Virus record (IMG/VR): IMGVR_UViG_3300023301_001182
Location: 28,164 to 92,163 of that record
Source of the DNA: a virus
Reading direction: 5' to 3' (one strand)
DNA: 64,000 nucleotides
In this document: positions 11,376 through 22,742 of the stretch, one piece after another
Layout of the letters: every line of letters begins with the position of its first letter
Numbering within the stretch: position 1 is the stretch's first letter
Translations under genes and position numbers: made by a program
Notes under the pieces: model-generated
Told to the model about the DNA's origin: nothing
The model's input: the letters and a program-made list of their open reading frames with translations, nothing else
The model's database searches: none

Positions 11376-11965
11376 TTCTTTAACATTTGTTTAGTAATTT
11401 GCTCCTTAATATCTTGATAAGAATAAGGATAAAAATTGTTTGTATCAACACCTACATCCATTTGTGCAGGGTTATGATTCATAATACCTTTATTACTTAA
11501 TCCACCATGAACATGTCCAAATAATTGCCAAGAACCTCTATGAGACCCATTCCAACTATTCATTGGATAATGACACATTACTAAATGTTGTTCACCATAT
11601 GTAATTTCATCATCTTTAACAAATATTTCAGCTATATCAAATATATCTTCCCATAAAGATATGGTATATTCTTTAGCTAAAGCACATTTTTCATGATTAC
11701 CAATAATTAAATATTTCTTACCATTTAAAGAATTTATGATATGTTGAGTATCTCTACTATTAAGACCTAATGCAAAATCACCTAAATGAAAGACTATAGC
11801 ATCTTTTGGAATTTTTTCATTCCAATTTTTTACTAATGTTTGATTCATTTCAATTGAATTTTCAAAAGGTCTATCACAAAATTTAATTATATTAGTATGT
11901 CCAAAATGTGTATCTGATGTAAAAAATAATTTATCTTTATCAAATTTTATTCCTTTTATCTTCAT
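11372..11965 (-). CDS. Calcineurin-like metallophosphoesterase
   Basis: SDTHFGH, HLGD, GNHE, CHYP, FGHVH, DVGVD motifs. Confidence 0.9.
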   Translation of the reverse strand: MKIKGIKFDKDKLFFTSDTHFGHTNIIKFCDRPFENSIEMNQTLVKNWNEKIPKDAIVFHLGDFALGLNSRDTQHIINSLNGKKYLIIGNHEKCALAKEYTISLWEDIFDIAEIFVKDDEITYGEQHLVMCHYPMNSWNGSHRGSWQLFGHVHGGLSNKGIMNHNPAQMDVGVDTNNFYPYSYQDIKEQITKQMLKK

Positions 11966-11981
11966 ATTTATTATTTTTTAA

Positions 11982-14900
11982 CTATCCACATTTACTTGAA
12001 CCACAATCTAGGCATCTTGAACACCCTTCTTCAAATATTACATTATTACTGCCACATGAGCTACATGTAGTAGAAGATTTTGAACCATTTGGAATAAATG
12101 TTTTTAATACCTTTGCTATTGCAAAATTAAATGAGAATAAACTACCACTAGTTTTATTTAGGTCATCTACTATATAATTAATACCTCGTCCATGTCTTAA
12201 TGAACCTGATATTAATCTAGTAATTATTTCTTGCTCTTCGTTCATTTTACCAGTAATAATACGATGTCTACTATTATCACCTTCTCCAAGAAATACATAA
12301 TTACCACTACCTTCTTTTAATATAGAACCTTTACCTACTTTAGTGCCACCTAAATAAGCAAAGACTTCATAAGGTTTATCATCCATTAATCCAACAAATA
12401 CACTATACTTTTTATCACCAGCAGCAGTAATAAACGCTTCACCTGTTACTTCTTTAGGGCGTTTTATACTATTATTAGTTGAAAATGTATCATTTTTAGA
12501 ATTATCAGTTATTAGAACTCCACTTCTAGAACCATCTCTGTAAACAGTGATTCCTTTAGTTCCTTTTTCCCAAGCCATTTTATAGATTTGAGAAACAGTT
12601 TCTTCTGATATATCTTTTGGTAAATTTATTGTAGATGAAATACTATGTGAAATATACTTTTGAATAGTAGATTGCACATTTACTCTATCTTCCCATTTAA
12701 TATCATTTGCTGTACATCCATACCAAGGAGACGTTTTAAAGAAATTATCTGTATCTATTTTTGAATACCATGATTCAAAAGATTCATTTGGATATTTATT
12801 TTTATATTTAATAAATAACCAATCTTGAAATTTAGGATGTAATACTTGAAATTCTTGCCAAGTATCTCCCATTTCATCAGTAAAATCTACCTTAACACCT
12901 TCATTATTAGCATTAATCTTTTTTCTACGTGTATAAAATGGTTGAAATAATGGTTCAATTCCAGATGTAGTTTGTGTCATTAAACTTACTGTACCAGTCG
13001 GAGCGCATTTGTTATGTATAAGTTCTTTATCTTATACTCTCCTCTTTTCAAAGGAGTATCGGACTATATCATCATCCTTAGTAGGATGCTGGATTTTCGT
13101 GGGAGAGATTATTGTTAGGCTCACTCTCCTAGTCTCTGAACCTTCTAAACTCTTTTAACCTAAGTTTAGCTTGGCTGCTGATTAACATGTTTTACCACAT
13201 TATTACAAAATTGTATAAATTCTTTGTTATTTAAAATGTTTTTCATAATATTAACTTTTTTATCTAACCATTGAATATTACCTTCAATATAACCTTTAGA
13301 AGAGTCTATTCTATCTAATGATGCATTAAATATATTATAATTAATATTTCTATTTCCATTTTTAATATTTGTTATTGGTATTGTTTTATCTTCTGGTCTT
13401 AATATAATTTTTTTACCAGATAATGCACATTTATTATTTTGTTTATTAAATATATTCCATGCGTAATCTAAAGATATATCAAAAACTATATTTCTTCTTT
13501 TAGCACTATATTTATAATGATTAAATAACATCTTAGATAAATCACCTATTCCCTGATGTGAAGGAGAAAAGTCTTTTGAATGCATTTTATTTAATTTAAT
13601 ATTATTTAAATATTTTTCTTTATTAGAACATACTTTACATTGTCCTACTTGATTTGATTTTAATATATCAGCCCTAATAAATTTTTCATTTCCACATTTA
13701 CATTTAACTAACCAATAAGACTTTCTGTCTTTTGTAGTAGCTATATTAGTAGAAATTACTGTATAATTTTTAAATATTTTACCAATAACTGGGATTTCTT
13801 TTTTATGTGCCCCACACACAAGAATAAATTTATTATTTTTCATAAGTGTACCGTTTGGTGCAAATATACGAAAAATAAGTTTAATTACCAAACATTTTAG
13901 TAATTATTTTATAATAATTTTTGTGATAAAATTTAGCTTTCCAGCAATTTATCCAATTTTTCAAAGTATATTACTATACTAAGCCGCCATTGACGGTGCT
14001 CCATGATACATTTCTACGTCCAAAAGTCATCATCCTAAAAGCTTGTTTAGGAAATTCACTTAATATAAAATTATAAAAATCATTACCACCTTTATCTTCA
14101 TATGAACCACCTTCATTTGGATACTCTAACTTGTTATCCCATCCTTCAAATGTTCCTCTTAAAATAGCTAGGTCGATAGTACAATCTAGCTCAGATTCCA
14201 TTTTAGTGTACATTATAGAGTCTATAATCTTATTTGCTTCCTCTGAACCATACTTTAAACCTAATGCTGCTAGAACGTCTCCTAGAGCTGTAAAACCTAA
14301 ACCAGTTCTTCTACTTGATAAAGCAGTTAATCTTATTTTCTTCCATAATGCCATTTCTGTAAACTTCAGCATCATTGGTTCTGGGTCCATTTCAATCTTT
14401 GCAATGATTCTATCAATATGTTCAATGTCTAAATCAATAAGATTATCACTAAGTCTCATTGCTTCATAGTTGATTTCATAAAAATCATCAAGATTAAATT
14501 GTGCCTCTTTAGTAAATGGTTTCTCTACAAAGTTATACAAGTTCACTGCTATTAATCTACATGCGTCATAAGGTTGCATTCCTATTTCACTGCATGGATT
14601 TGTAGTAACTTGTTTAAATTGTGGATAAACTCCATCTGGACTGTAATTAACCATCTTATCCCAGTACATAAGTCCTGGTTCTGCTACACTATGTGCAGAT
14701 TTAATGATTTCATCCCAATATTCCTTAGCTTTAATCTTTTTAATATATACAGAATTACCTGTATCTCCATCATAAACACTATATGATGTATTATATTTAA
14801 ATGAGTCCCATCTTGGTTGCTTACTGGCTTCTTCTGTAGTAGCCCAATAAGCATTATCAATATTAACAGTTGTAGGAAATCTTAAAATATAATCTTCATC

Positions 14901-15596
14901 AGCTTCTACAGCTTTCATAAACTCATCATTAAGTTTAATAGAGATATTAGCACCTGTTACTTGTGACAAATCTCTTTTCATCTTAATAAAGTCCATAATA
15001 TCAGGATGTCTTACATCCATTGATATCATAAGAGCTCCTCTTCTACCATTCTGTGCAACTTCTCTAGTAGTATTACTAAATCTATGCATAAATGATACAG
15101 CTCCTGTAGAAGTCTTTGCAGCATTACTAGTTGGAGCCATATTAGGACGAAGTGTAGATATATCAATACCTACACCACCTCTTCTTTTTTCTAACTGTGC
15201 AATCTCCTCATCTTTTTGAAATATTCCTCCATATGAATCTTCAGGTTGACCTACAACAAAACAGTTGGAAAGACTGCCTATTGATGAACTACCTAATTGA
15301 GACATTATTGAACCTTGAGGTACTATATACTTAAAATCTTTAAATAGATTATAAATTATACCTTCAATATGTTCTTCTTTAAAGTCTCTATTTACTCCAT
15401 ATTCTGATAAAAATTCTATATTCTTGGAACTTTCTTCACTTTTGTTTTTTAATTCAATCCTAGCAAATTCTTTTGCTAATCTTTTGTGCATATCATCAGG
15501 AGTTTTCTCTCCTTGTAAAGCGTATTTATCTAACCACACTTGAGCAGCTAAATCATCACCTTTAAAATACTCTAATAATTCATCATTCATCTTCAT
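11982..15596 (-). CDS. nrdJ: Class II (adenosylcobalamin) ribonucleotide reductase in two exons (15596..13993 and 13005..11982; about 875 aa spliced)
   Basis: LSNCFV, TNPCSE and DACRL in exon 1; SGIEP, ISSTINL, KGITVYRDGSR and a C-terminal Cys cluster in exon 2. Joining ...AGC ACC GT to C GCT CCG ACT GGT restores STVAPTGTVS in frame. Confidence 0.93.
13166..13843 (-). CDS. Intron-encoded HNH-like homing endonuclease
   Basis: WLVKCKCG, CALSG, ASLDRIDSSKGYIEGNIQW..KKVN. Lies between the P and Q elements and reads through Q (NQQPS*). Likely start is the ATG at 13843, downstream of an internal promoter. Confidence 0.85.
   Translation of the reverse strand: MKNNKFILVCGAHKKEIPVIGKIFKNYTVISTNIATTKDRKSYWLVKCKCGNEKFIRADILKSNQVGQCKVCSNKEKYLNNIKLNKMHSKDFSPSHQGIGDLSKMLFNHYKYSAKRRNIVFDISLDYAWNIFNKQNNKCALSGKKIILRPEDKTIPITNIKNGNRNINYNIFNASLDRIDSSKGYIEGNIQWLDKKVNIMKNILNNKEFIQFCNNVVKHVNQQPS
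13861..13892 (-). promoter_or_regulatory. Bacteroidota-type promoter for the intron endonuclease
   Basis: TTTGGT then TATATTTG (TAnnTTTG), 24 nt start-to-start. Confidence 0.65.
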
Positions 15597-15648
15597 TCGT
15601 GTTTTTTACAAAACATTTACATATCACTCATCATTATTACAAATAATC

Positions 15649-16194
15649 TTATTTTATAATATTTGTTACCTCAAATGTCTCTCTTACCAGACAGGTTATA
15701 TCTGATAATTCAGCGCCTTCTGGTAGAGTTACATTTAATTTTTTTTCTAATTCTTGTTTTAATTTATTGTCTTGATATAATACTTGTTTTAAAGTCATTA
15801 AAAATTTTACTGCGTTTAAGTTACCTGCATAAATATTACCAAAGAAATTTATTATTGTATCTTTGGCATCTTTCCCATACTTAGAATACTTACCTTGTTT
15901 AAAAAGGTTATATTCTCTTATATATTCTTCTGGAAATTCAAATATATATAACACTTGGTTATCTATATCTACGGAATCTATAAAATACGGATTCTCTACT
16001 AATTTATGTTCATAAGCTGTAAACTCAGGGTTCTTAAATGAAAAATTGTATAATAAAAACATACAATTTTCATACTTTTCATTTGGATCCATTATATATG
16101 TATCTACCAAACTACTAAAGAACTTAATTTCAACTACTTCAGCTAATAATGGTAATAAGTAAGTTTTAGATTTATTATATCTAATATTACTCAT
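15649..16194 (-). CDS. Hypothetical protein
   Basis: 181-aa ORF in the replication block. Confidence 0.65.
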   Translation of the reverse strand: MSNIRYNKSKTYLLPLLAEVVEIKFFSSLVDTYIMDPNEKYENCMFLLYNFSFKNPEFTAYEHKLVENPYFIDSVDIDNQVLYIFEFPEEYIREYNLFKQGKYSKYGKDAKDTIINFFGNIYAGNLNAVKFLMTLKQVLYQDNKLKQELEKKLNVTLPEGAELSDITCLVRETFEVTNIIK

Positions 16195-16199
16195 TTCTA

Positions 16200-17210
16200 T
16201 TATGTTTTAATATTAAAAAACTTATCGTTCAAGTCTATAGTACCTTTACCTTCTATAATATTTCTAGGAAATGTAAATTCCTTATTTGCAAAATGCCATA
16301 CTATTTCATCTAGGGTTTCATCTAATCCTTTATAAAGGTAACCACTAGTTGTAGTAAATCCATCGCAAGCTGCATCATGCCATTTTTGTGTTATATCAAA
16401 CACTAATGGTATTTGTTCAGTTCTTCCAATATATAGAAATTGAAATGGTAATACAGCGTAATCTTCTACACCAAGTTCTTTCATAATAGTAGGCACTGCT
16501 TTCATATAAATTGCTTCTTGAAAGTAATATCTATATTTTAAAAAACTTGTTAAAAATTCACTGGATTTTGATTGACCAGTTTTCAAATCAATTAATCTTA
16601 TTGTTTTTTGTTCATGGTCCAATATAACCATATCAATAATTCCTCTAAATTTAACATTTCTATATGTTATTTCAAATTTATATTGATCTTTCCTTTCAAA
16701 TCTATCTGAAAAGATATAACTTGAATGAGTATGCGTTTGTAGCACTAATGCTAAATCCATACCCAAATTCATTTGAGAGGTAGTAATAATAGTTTTCCCA
16801 TCTGTATTGTAGTGGGATTTAAGATAATCCCAAAACTCTGGAATATCAAAATTTGCAATCAAAGTTTCATCTTTACTTCTTTTCCAAAACTCATTCTTTT
16901 TAACTATACTTAATACTTCTTCTTTTGTTGGTATAGTAACATAATTTTTTAATATTATATCTACTACCTTACCTAATGTTGCTGTTGGTTTTTCACCATC
17001 AAATATTTCATATATACTATGAAATTTATCTCTACTAAATAGCCAATCATCAGTAATAGAACCTATCCTAACTCCTTCTGAGTTAAGTTCTCTTCTTGCT
17101 ATTAAAGCTCTAGGCCCATTTCTACTAAAATCAGATGTTCTACTATAACTTAAATAAATATCAACATCTACATTTGAGCCATACAGCTCGTCCAATCCTT
17201 CATCTTTCAT
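16200..17210 (-). CDS. PD-(D/E)XK family nuclease
   Basis: FRGIIDMVILD...IDLKTG and YYFQEAIY motifs. Confidence 0.8.
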   Translation of the reverse strand: MKDEGLDELYGSNVDVDIYLSYSRTSDFSRNGPRALIARRELNSEGVRIGSITDDWLFSRDKFHSIYEIFDGEKPTATLGKVVDIILKNYVTIPTKEEVLSIVKKNEFWKRSKDETLIANFDIPEFWDYLKSHYNTDGKTIITTSQMNLGMDLALVLQTHTHSSYIFSDRFERKDQYKFEITYRNVKFRGIIDMVILDHEQKTIRLIDLKTGQSKSSEFLTSFLKYRYYFQEAIYMKAVPTIMKELGVEDYAVLPFQFLYIGRTEQIPLVFDITQKWHDAACDGFTTTSGYLYKGLDETLDEIVWHFANKEFTFPRNIIEGKGTIDLNDKFFNIKT

Positions 17211-17220
17211 AATTTGTTTA

Positions 17221-17469
17221 CTATGTTGCGTCTATTAAAACATCTAATACAAGATTTTCTAATTCTTGACAATATAATAATTGTTTTACATCAACTTCAT
17301 CTGTTGTAAAAGAAGCTGTAATATCTAAAAACTCACACTTTTCATCTACTAATAATCTAAGGTCGGTTAATTTATTAGTTTGTAAATAGTTTATTGCTTT
17401 AATATATTCTTTATCTTCAAAAACAAATTTAAATAAATTGATAATTTCTAGTCTTGTTTCTCTAGTCAT
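17221..17469 (-). CDS. Hypothetical protein
   Basis: 82-aa ORF in the operon. Confidence 0.55.
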   Translation of the reverse strand: MTRETRLEIINLFKFVFEDKEYIKAINYLQTNKLTDLRLLVDEKCEFLDITASFTTDEVDVKQLLYCQELENLVLDVLIDAT

Positions 17470-17470
17470 T

Positions 17471-17953
17471 TTAAAATATTTTTATAAATACTCCTGGGTT
17501 TACTGAATCTACAGTAAACCATCTTGTTGTTCTTAGATTTTTTGTAGTTGGTAATTCACCATCTATACTCATAGGAATAGGGAAGACAAATTCTACATTG
17601 TCATCCTCTATAAAATTATGTGCAGTAAATAAATCTTGAATAATCTCAACACTATTGCTGAAATCAAACAATCTTTTACTACCTCTCACATGGTGATAAC
17701 CTATAAATAATGGGTTTTCTTTACCAATCTTCATTTCTTCAAATTGAACTCTAAGATTTTCAATTTGATTAGGACGTGTAATATCTACATATCCTTTCAC
17801 TTCCTTCTTTCTAGAATTAAAGGACTGAATACCCAGCTTCCTAATGTATTTGTTTACAGTAGGAGAGCTGAATATGCCTTTACTAGTTTTTACTTTTGAG
17901 TTTTTTAAACTCGGTACATTATTTGGTATCCAAATCATTTCTTTCTTTTTCAT
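17471..17953 (-). CDS. RusA-like Holliday junction resolvase (putative)
   Basis: VPSLKN, RLFDFSN...IQD...IEDDN pattern. Confidence 0.6.
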   Translation of the reverse strand: MKKKEMIWIPNNVPSLKNSKVKTSKGIFSSPTVNKYIRKLGIQSFNSRKKEVKGYVDITRPNQIENLRVQFEEMKIGKENPLFIGYHHVRGSKRLFDFSNSVEIIQDLFTAHNFIEDDNVEFVFPIPMSIDGELPTTKNLRTTRWFTVDSVNPGVFIKIF

Positions 17954-18269
17954 TGTAATATTTAATAAAGCCTATTATTTGGTCATAAACATGATTAATA
18001 TTAATACTTAGCTTAATTTCTTTAGAAAATTGCCCTGATGTAAGAATATAATCATAATAATCATCTAAATTATATATTCTTCCAACAACTGGCATTAACC
18101 AATCCCAAGAAACATTATAAGCTAATTCATACCTATCAGATTCATATGAAATATCCGACCAATACGGAACTTTTCTTGATTTATCTTTATTAATTACATA
18201 GTCTTTACCATATATAGGATGAGTTTTCCATCCCATAAATTCTGCAATAAGTTTATTATTTTCTACCAT
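17919..18269 (-). CDS. Hypothetical phage protein
   Basis: NKLIAEFMG and SWDWLMPVV segments; overlaps both neighbours. Confidence 0.65.
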   Translation of the reverse strand: MVENNKLIAEFMGWKTHPIYGKDYVINKDKSRKVPYWSDISYESDRYELAYNVSWDWLMPVVGRIYNLDDYYDYILTSGQFSKEIKLSININHVYDQIIGFIKYYNEKERNDLDTK

Positions 18270-18991
18270 ATTATTTTATTTGATTCTCCTCCTAACTGCT
18301 CTAAAATATCATTAGCCTCTTTAGTAAATGAAGCGTCAAATTTTCTTTTATTTGCTATAGATTCAGCAGGGTGTTCAGCACATACTATATGATTATTTCC
18401 TGTAATATAAGGTTTAAAAGCCTGTGCTTCATCACCTAATAGAATAAATACAGTATTTTGATGCCATGAACAAATTGTTTTAATTACCTCTCTAGTAAAG
18501 TTTTTCCAATATAACTTATGTTGCATTGGTTCTTTTGCTAAACTAGAAGTTAAAGCAACATCCATAAAGAATACGCCTTGGTTAATAATATCTTTAAATG
18601 TAGGATCTTGATGCATTTTAAATCCATCATACTCACTTTTCTCAATACCTTTAATAAAAGCTATTAATTCTTGTGAGAAAACATGACCATACGCATCGTT
18701 ATTACCTAATGGTATACCCATACTTCTAAAATTTGTGTAAGGTTCTCTACATAGTATTACAGTTTTAATAGTTGCAAAACTAGTGTCTTTAAAACATTTA
18801 AAAATATCTTCTTTTTTGGGATACATATTCCCTCCTTTATACTTTTCATGAAGAAATAACATAAGATTTTCCATATATGGAGTATCGAGCAGACTATCTT
18901 TCAATACGTCTGCCCAATCTTGTTCCATAAGTTTGTCATGATCTATGTTTAAATCATAGTCAATGTTAACTATACTCATTATCCTCTCCAT
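18263..18991 (-). CDS. ung: Divergent family-1 uracil-DNA glycosylase homolog
   Basis: MYPKKEDIFKCF, KTVILCREPY (cf. GQDPY), QGVFFMDVALT (cf. QGVLLLN), VFILLG, EHP. Confidence 0.75.
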   Translation of the reverse strand: MERIMSIVNIDYDLNIDHDKLMEQDWADVLKDSLLDTPYMENLMLFLHEKYKGGNMYPKKEDIFKCFKDTSFATIKTVILCREPYTNFRSMGIPLGNNDAYGHVFSQELIAFIKGIEKSEYDGFKMHQDPTFKDIINQGVFFMDVALTSSLAKEPMQHKLYWKNFTREVIKTICSWHQNTVFILLGDEAQAFKPYITGNNHIVCAEHPAESIANKRKFDASFTKEANDILEQLGGESNKIIW

Positions 18992-20724
18992 ATAACTTGA
19001 CCAGGTGCTACAACCTCAGGCATAGGTGCAACATCCTCATCTATCATACCTCTAATTTGAGCAGCCATACCACGCCCACCATCAATAAAATTAGGATTAA
19101 AATCTCCACCAATTCTTTCATCGAACCCATAGTTAACTATATAATCCTTATCATTACCACGTTTACTAACACGAGTTTTAGATAATTCTATATCATCATC
19201 TGTAGCTTTACTCCAAACAATACGTTTTCTATTTTTAAAATTATCCTCATCCCCATTAATAATACCTTGTCTTGCATCACCATAAAAATGATCTTTTCTA
19301 TATCTAAGATACTCATAAAGATATCCAGCATAGATATTTATGTCATTATTTCCATATTTAGTATATCCAGCCATTTTATAACCTATATCTGAAATACTTA
19401 AACCGTTTAAGATTTCAGGTTTTTCAAGAATAGCTTTTTCATTCTCTATTACAAAATTTATAATAGATGCACATAGCATTAGGTAATACATAATTTTTTC
19501 ATGGTCATATGTTGGAGTATGTAATCTAAACTCCACGGTCTGCTTATTTCCAAATAATAATGGAATAAGATTAACCCAATGATAACGACTTCTAATATTC
19601 CATTTACTGTTCCCACGAGGGTCAGATGGATGATATTCTACATTACTTAAATCATATCCTACATTTTTATACTTTTGGCCCATTGATAAATAACTATAAA
19701 GTATACTAAAATTATCTTTTAATTTACTTTTAGTAATTACTTTATCAAATTGAAACATTGTCTCATTAAAAGGATAAGGTCTAGTATAATGTTTTCTTTT
19801 CACACCATAATTAAATTGTTTATATAGTGGGAAAATTTCATACATTTGGTTTTCAAGTGTACACAATGTTTTAAACAATGCTAACATAAAACCTTCAGTT
19901 CTAGGAACATTACCTATATGATAATGAATAGAACAAGACTTATCATATGTAGTATACTTTTTTAATGCGTCTACACTATTAATAAGAGTTTGTAATCCTT
20001 TTTCTCCTTGTAAAGGTATGGTTGCATATTCTAACCCGCCTATACTACCATCTCTTAAAGCTATCATACCTACTTCATTAGTCAACGATTGAGGTACTTG
20101 CCCTTTAATGGTTTCAAATTCTACACCAAATGTTAAATCTCCTAATAACTTACCATATTTTGAAACATTAGAACTAATAGTTGGTTTATAAACATCTTGA
20201 TGATATTTAATTAAACTACTCATTTGTCCTCTTGAATCATATGGTAAACCATTTTTAATATTACTATTAACTTGCCCTGGGTTTATAAATTCCTCAACAC
20301 GATGTTTTAATCTATGAGCATAAGCATTAAAACGAAGATTCATTAAATATCCTCCACCTTTTATTACTTCATTACTTACACATGCATATTGGTCTCCTTC
20401 TGGTGTAACTAATTTTGGTAAATCAATACCAGCTTCATTACTAAAGAAACCTTTAATTAGTTTATCACCATGTAAACCTACAACTCCTTCAATAAGGTTA
20501 GTAGCATTCTTAATAACATACTGTTTTAAAGTATGATCAAATATTATATAACCAGTATTACTTTTATAATACTTTTCGTTAATAATATAACATTGTCCTG
20601 AGTCTTCTATTGAAATATCGCCAATTTTATAAAAAATGCCGTTAATTCTTCTGCAATCAGACCGTTTTTCAGTAGTATCATTTATTGTTACTACCATTTC
20701 ATTGTCTTTTATGAGTTGTGCCAT
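18979..20724 (-). CDS. Putative amidoligase (COOH-NH2 ligase fold)
   Basis: TFGVEFET, RDGSI, LEYATIPL, CSIHYHIG, TVEFRLH. Confidence 0.85.
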   Translation of the reverse strand: MAQLIKDNEMVVTINDTTEKRSDCRRINGIFYKIGDISIEDSGQCYIINEKYYKSNTGYIIFDHTLKQYVIKNATNLIEGVVGLHGDKLIKGFFSNEAGIDLPKLVTPEGDQYACVSNEVIKGGGYLMNLRFNAYAHRLKHRVEEFINPGQVNSNIKNGLPYDSRGQMSSLIKYHQDVYKPTISSNVSKYGKLLGDLTFGVEFETIKGQVPQSLTNEVGMIALRDGSIGGLEYATIPLQGEKGLQTLINSVDALKKYTTYDKSCSIHYHIGNVPRTEGFMLALFKTLCTLENQMYEIFPLYKQFNYGVKRKHYTRPYPFNETMFQFDKVITKSKLKDNFSILYSYLSMGQKYKNVGYDLSNVEYHPSDPRGNSKWNIRSRYHWVNLIPLLFGNKQTVEFRLHTPTYDHEKIMYYLMLCASIINFVIENEKAILEKPEILNGLSISDIGYKMAGYTKYGNNDINIYAGYLYEYLRYRKDHFYGDARQGIINGDEDNFKNRKRIVWSKATDDDIELSKTRVSKRGNDKDYIVNYGFDERIGGDFNPNFIDGGRGMAAQIRGMIDEDVAPMPEVVAPGQVIWRG

Positions 20725-20726
20725 AA

Positions 20727-22742
20727 TTATTCTTTTAATTCTATTGCAATTAATACTGTAGCGTCTTTTACTAATTTATTCAAAATAGCAGAAGCTATAT
20801 TTGCTCTACTATTTTTATATTTTTCTAACCTTTTCATATAGGCTGGAAACTTTTGCAAGGCATCCTTAAACATATCATTAATATCATCATCAAGCTCATC
20901 TTCACTAGAAGTATCTAGTGCAATAACTTTGGTTTCTTTTTTTATGATATTATTTTCAAGTTCCTCTAAATTACCAACTATTAAATTTAGTTTTGTTTGA
21001 TCAACCTTACCAGATTCAATAATCTTTTTAGTATCCTTCTCACAGTTAATTCTACTATCTCTAATAACTGATCTACTAATACAATTACCTGCCTCTACTA
21101 CATATACTTTTTCTGAGCCTAATGGGCAGAATGTATCTGTAACTAGATTACCATTATACATAATCTCTTGACTTGCATGATTTTTAAACATAGAAGTAAG
21201 GTCAACAATAGGATGAGCAGCACAATATGATAATTGTTCTGCCGTAAGTTCTTGTAAATTCTTTTCACCCATAGACGTACAAGCAGTATAATCAGATTTG
21301 CTTCTTAACCTAATACCATTATGAAAATAATGAAAAGGCATAATAGTTATTGGATGTTCATCATTACTAATAAACGGATAAAATGCAGCATCTCTATCTT
21401 TAAATTGTATATCTTCTATACTAGAAAATTCATACTTAAAGAATAACTGATTAGTTATTGTTTTAAATTTACGTTTAGCTTCTTTTTCATCAAACCCTAA
21501 AAAGTAAAACCCAAAGCCTTCTACAAATGTAAAAATACCATTTATTTTATGACCATTTCTCCAATAACGTAACATATTCATATAGATACGATTACCATAG
21601 AAATTAAGTTTCTCAGCAGGTGTTTCTGTATAAATATTATTATTTATCTGTATTTGTAACAAATTAGTGTTAGTTGCAGCATTATGAGCATTATTAACTT
21701 CAGCATCTCTTTTATCTTTCTTGTCTTTTCTCATCTGCCAAGTTTCAATTGGTAGTTGACAAGTTGATGCATCATTGTCATCATTAGGATTATAATCATT
21801 CATTTCAAACCTACTATTATGTCTTGCATAATCATTATGAACAACTGTTTTGGTCATAGCTGGACCAGTTTGAAAACTAGTAGCTCTACTAATTTTAGTT
21901 CTTTTAGCATTTTTTACATCACCATCAGTAATTTCATAAATTACATTAGGTGCAAATGACCAAGAATTCTTAGTAGTTGCACCAATACCTAGTAAGCTAG
22001 AGAAAATTGATGAAATATATACACTATTTTTAGATTCTTGATAGAAATACAAAGGTCTTTCTATTTCCACGTCAGAATCTTTCCAATCACGTTTTCTTGA
22101 TTCACCATGAAAACAATACATTACATTAGGTTTATCTGTATCTGTCCACACTAAAGCAGCAGCACCAGTATATTCACTTAAAACTTTATAATTTTTAGTT
22201 TTAGAAATAATCTCTAAAATTATTTCACTATCAATTTTAGTTCTAGTTAATGGAAATCTACTAGCTGATTCTCCATTAGGAGCTTCTGTATCAATTCCAT
22301 ATTGTTTTGCTAATGGGGTATGATTTAACAAGGTTCCATTATGTACTCCAATCATCTTATACCCTCCACCTCTACTAGTACCATATCCAAAAGGATGGGC
22401 ATTAGCTATTGTATGAGCTCCGTAGGTACTTTGTCTAGTATGTCCAAGTACTAAAGGGTATAGTTTTGGATTATCATAACTAGAATTTGCTAAGAAATTT
22501 CTAAATAATTTTTGTTCATCAATTCCAATTGATATTTCTCCATCTTTACTGATACCACAAGAATGTACTCCTCTGGTCTCATTATGTATTCCTAATATAT
22601 TTAACTTATTTCTATTAAATTTCTTTGGGTCTTTCCCAGCCCATCCAAAAATTCCACATGTTAATGTGTCTAATTTAGGTTTAAAAATTAATATACTTAA
22701 TGTATGGATAATTAATAAACCTAATATTATATTTACTATCAT
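20727..22742 (-). CDS. Class II (Ntn) glutamine amidotransferase with a hydrophobic N-terminal leader and long C-terminal extension
   Basis: CGIFG, RGVHSCG, GHTRQST, NAHPF, HNGTL, IDSE. Confidence 0.88.
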   Translation of the reverse strand: MIVNIILGLLIIHTLSILIFKPKLDTLTCGIFGWAGKDPKKFNRNKLNILGIHNETRGVHSCGISKDGEISIGIDEQKLFRNFLANSSYDNPKLYPLVLGHTRQSTYGAHTIANAHPFGYGTSRGGGYKMIGVHNGTLLNHTPLAKQYGIDTEAPNGESASRFPLTRTKIDSEIILEIISKTKNYKVLSEYTGAAALVWTDTDKPNVMYCFHGESRKRDWKDSDVEIERPLYFYQESKNSVYISSIFSSLLGIGATTKNSWSFAPNVIYEITDGDVKNAKRTKISRATSFQTGPAMTKTVVHNDYARHNSRFEMNDYNPNDDNDASTCQLPIETWQMRKDKKDKRDAEVNNAHNAATNTNLLQIQINNNIYTETPAEKLNFYGNRIYMNMLRYWRNGHKINGIFTFVEGFGFYFLGFDEKEAKRKFKTITNQLFFKYEFSSIEDIQFKDRDAAFYPFISNDEHPITIMPFHYFHNGIRLRSKSDYTACTSMGEKNLQELTAEQLSYCAAHPIVDLTSMFKNHASQEIMYNGNLVTDTFCPLGSEKVYVVEAGNCISRSVIRDSRINCEKDTKKIIESGKVDQTKLNLIVGNLEELENNIIKKETKVIALDTSSEDELDDDINDMFKDALQKFPAYMKRLEKYKNSRANIASAILNKLVKDATVLIAIELKE

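Larger units (their letters stand above)
13006..13992 (-). mobile_element. Group I intron in nrdJ (987 nt)
   Basis: Exon ends in U, intron ends in G. Core elements: P AAAUUGCUGGAAA (13950-13938), Q AAUCAGCAGCC (13183-13173), R UUCAGAGACUA (13140-13130), S GAUGAUAUAGUCC (13073-13061). Confidence 0.93.
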
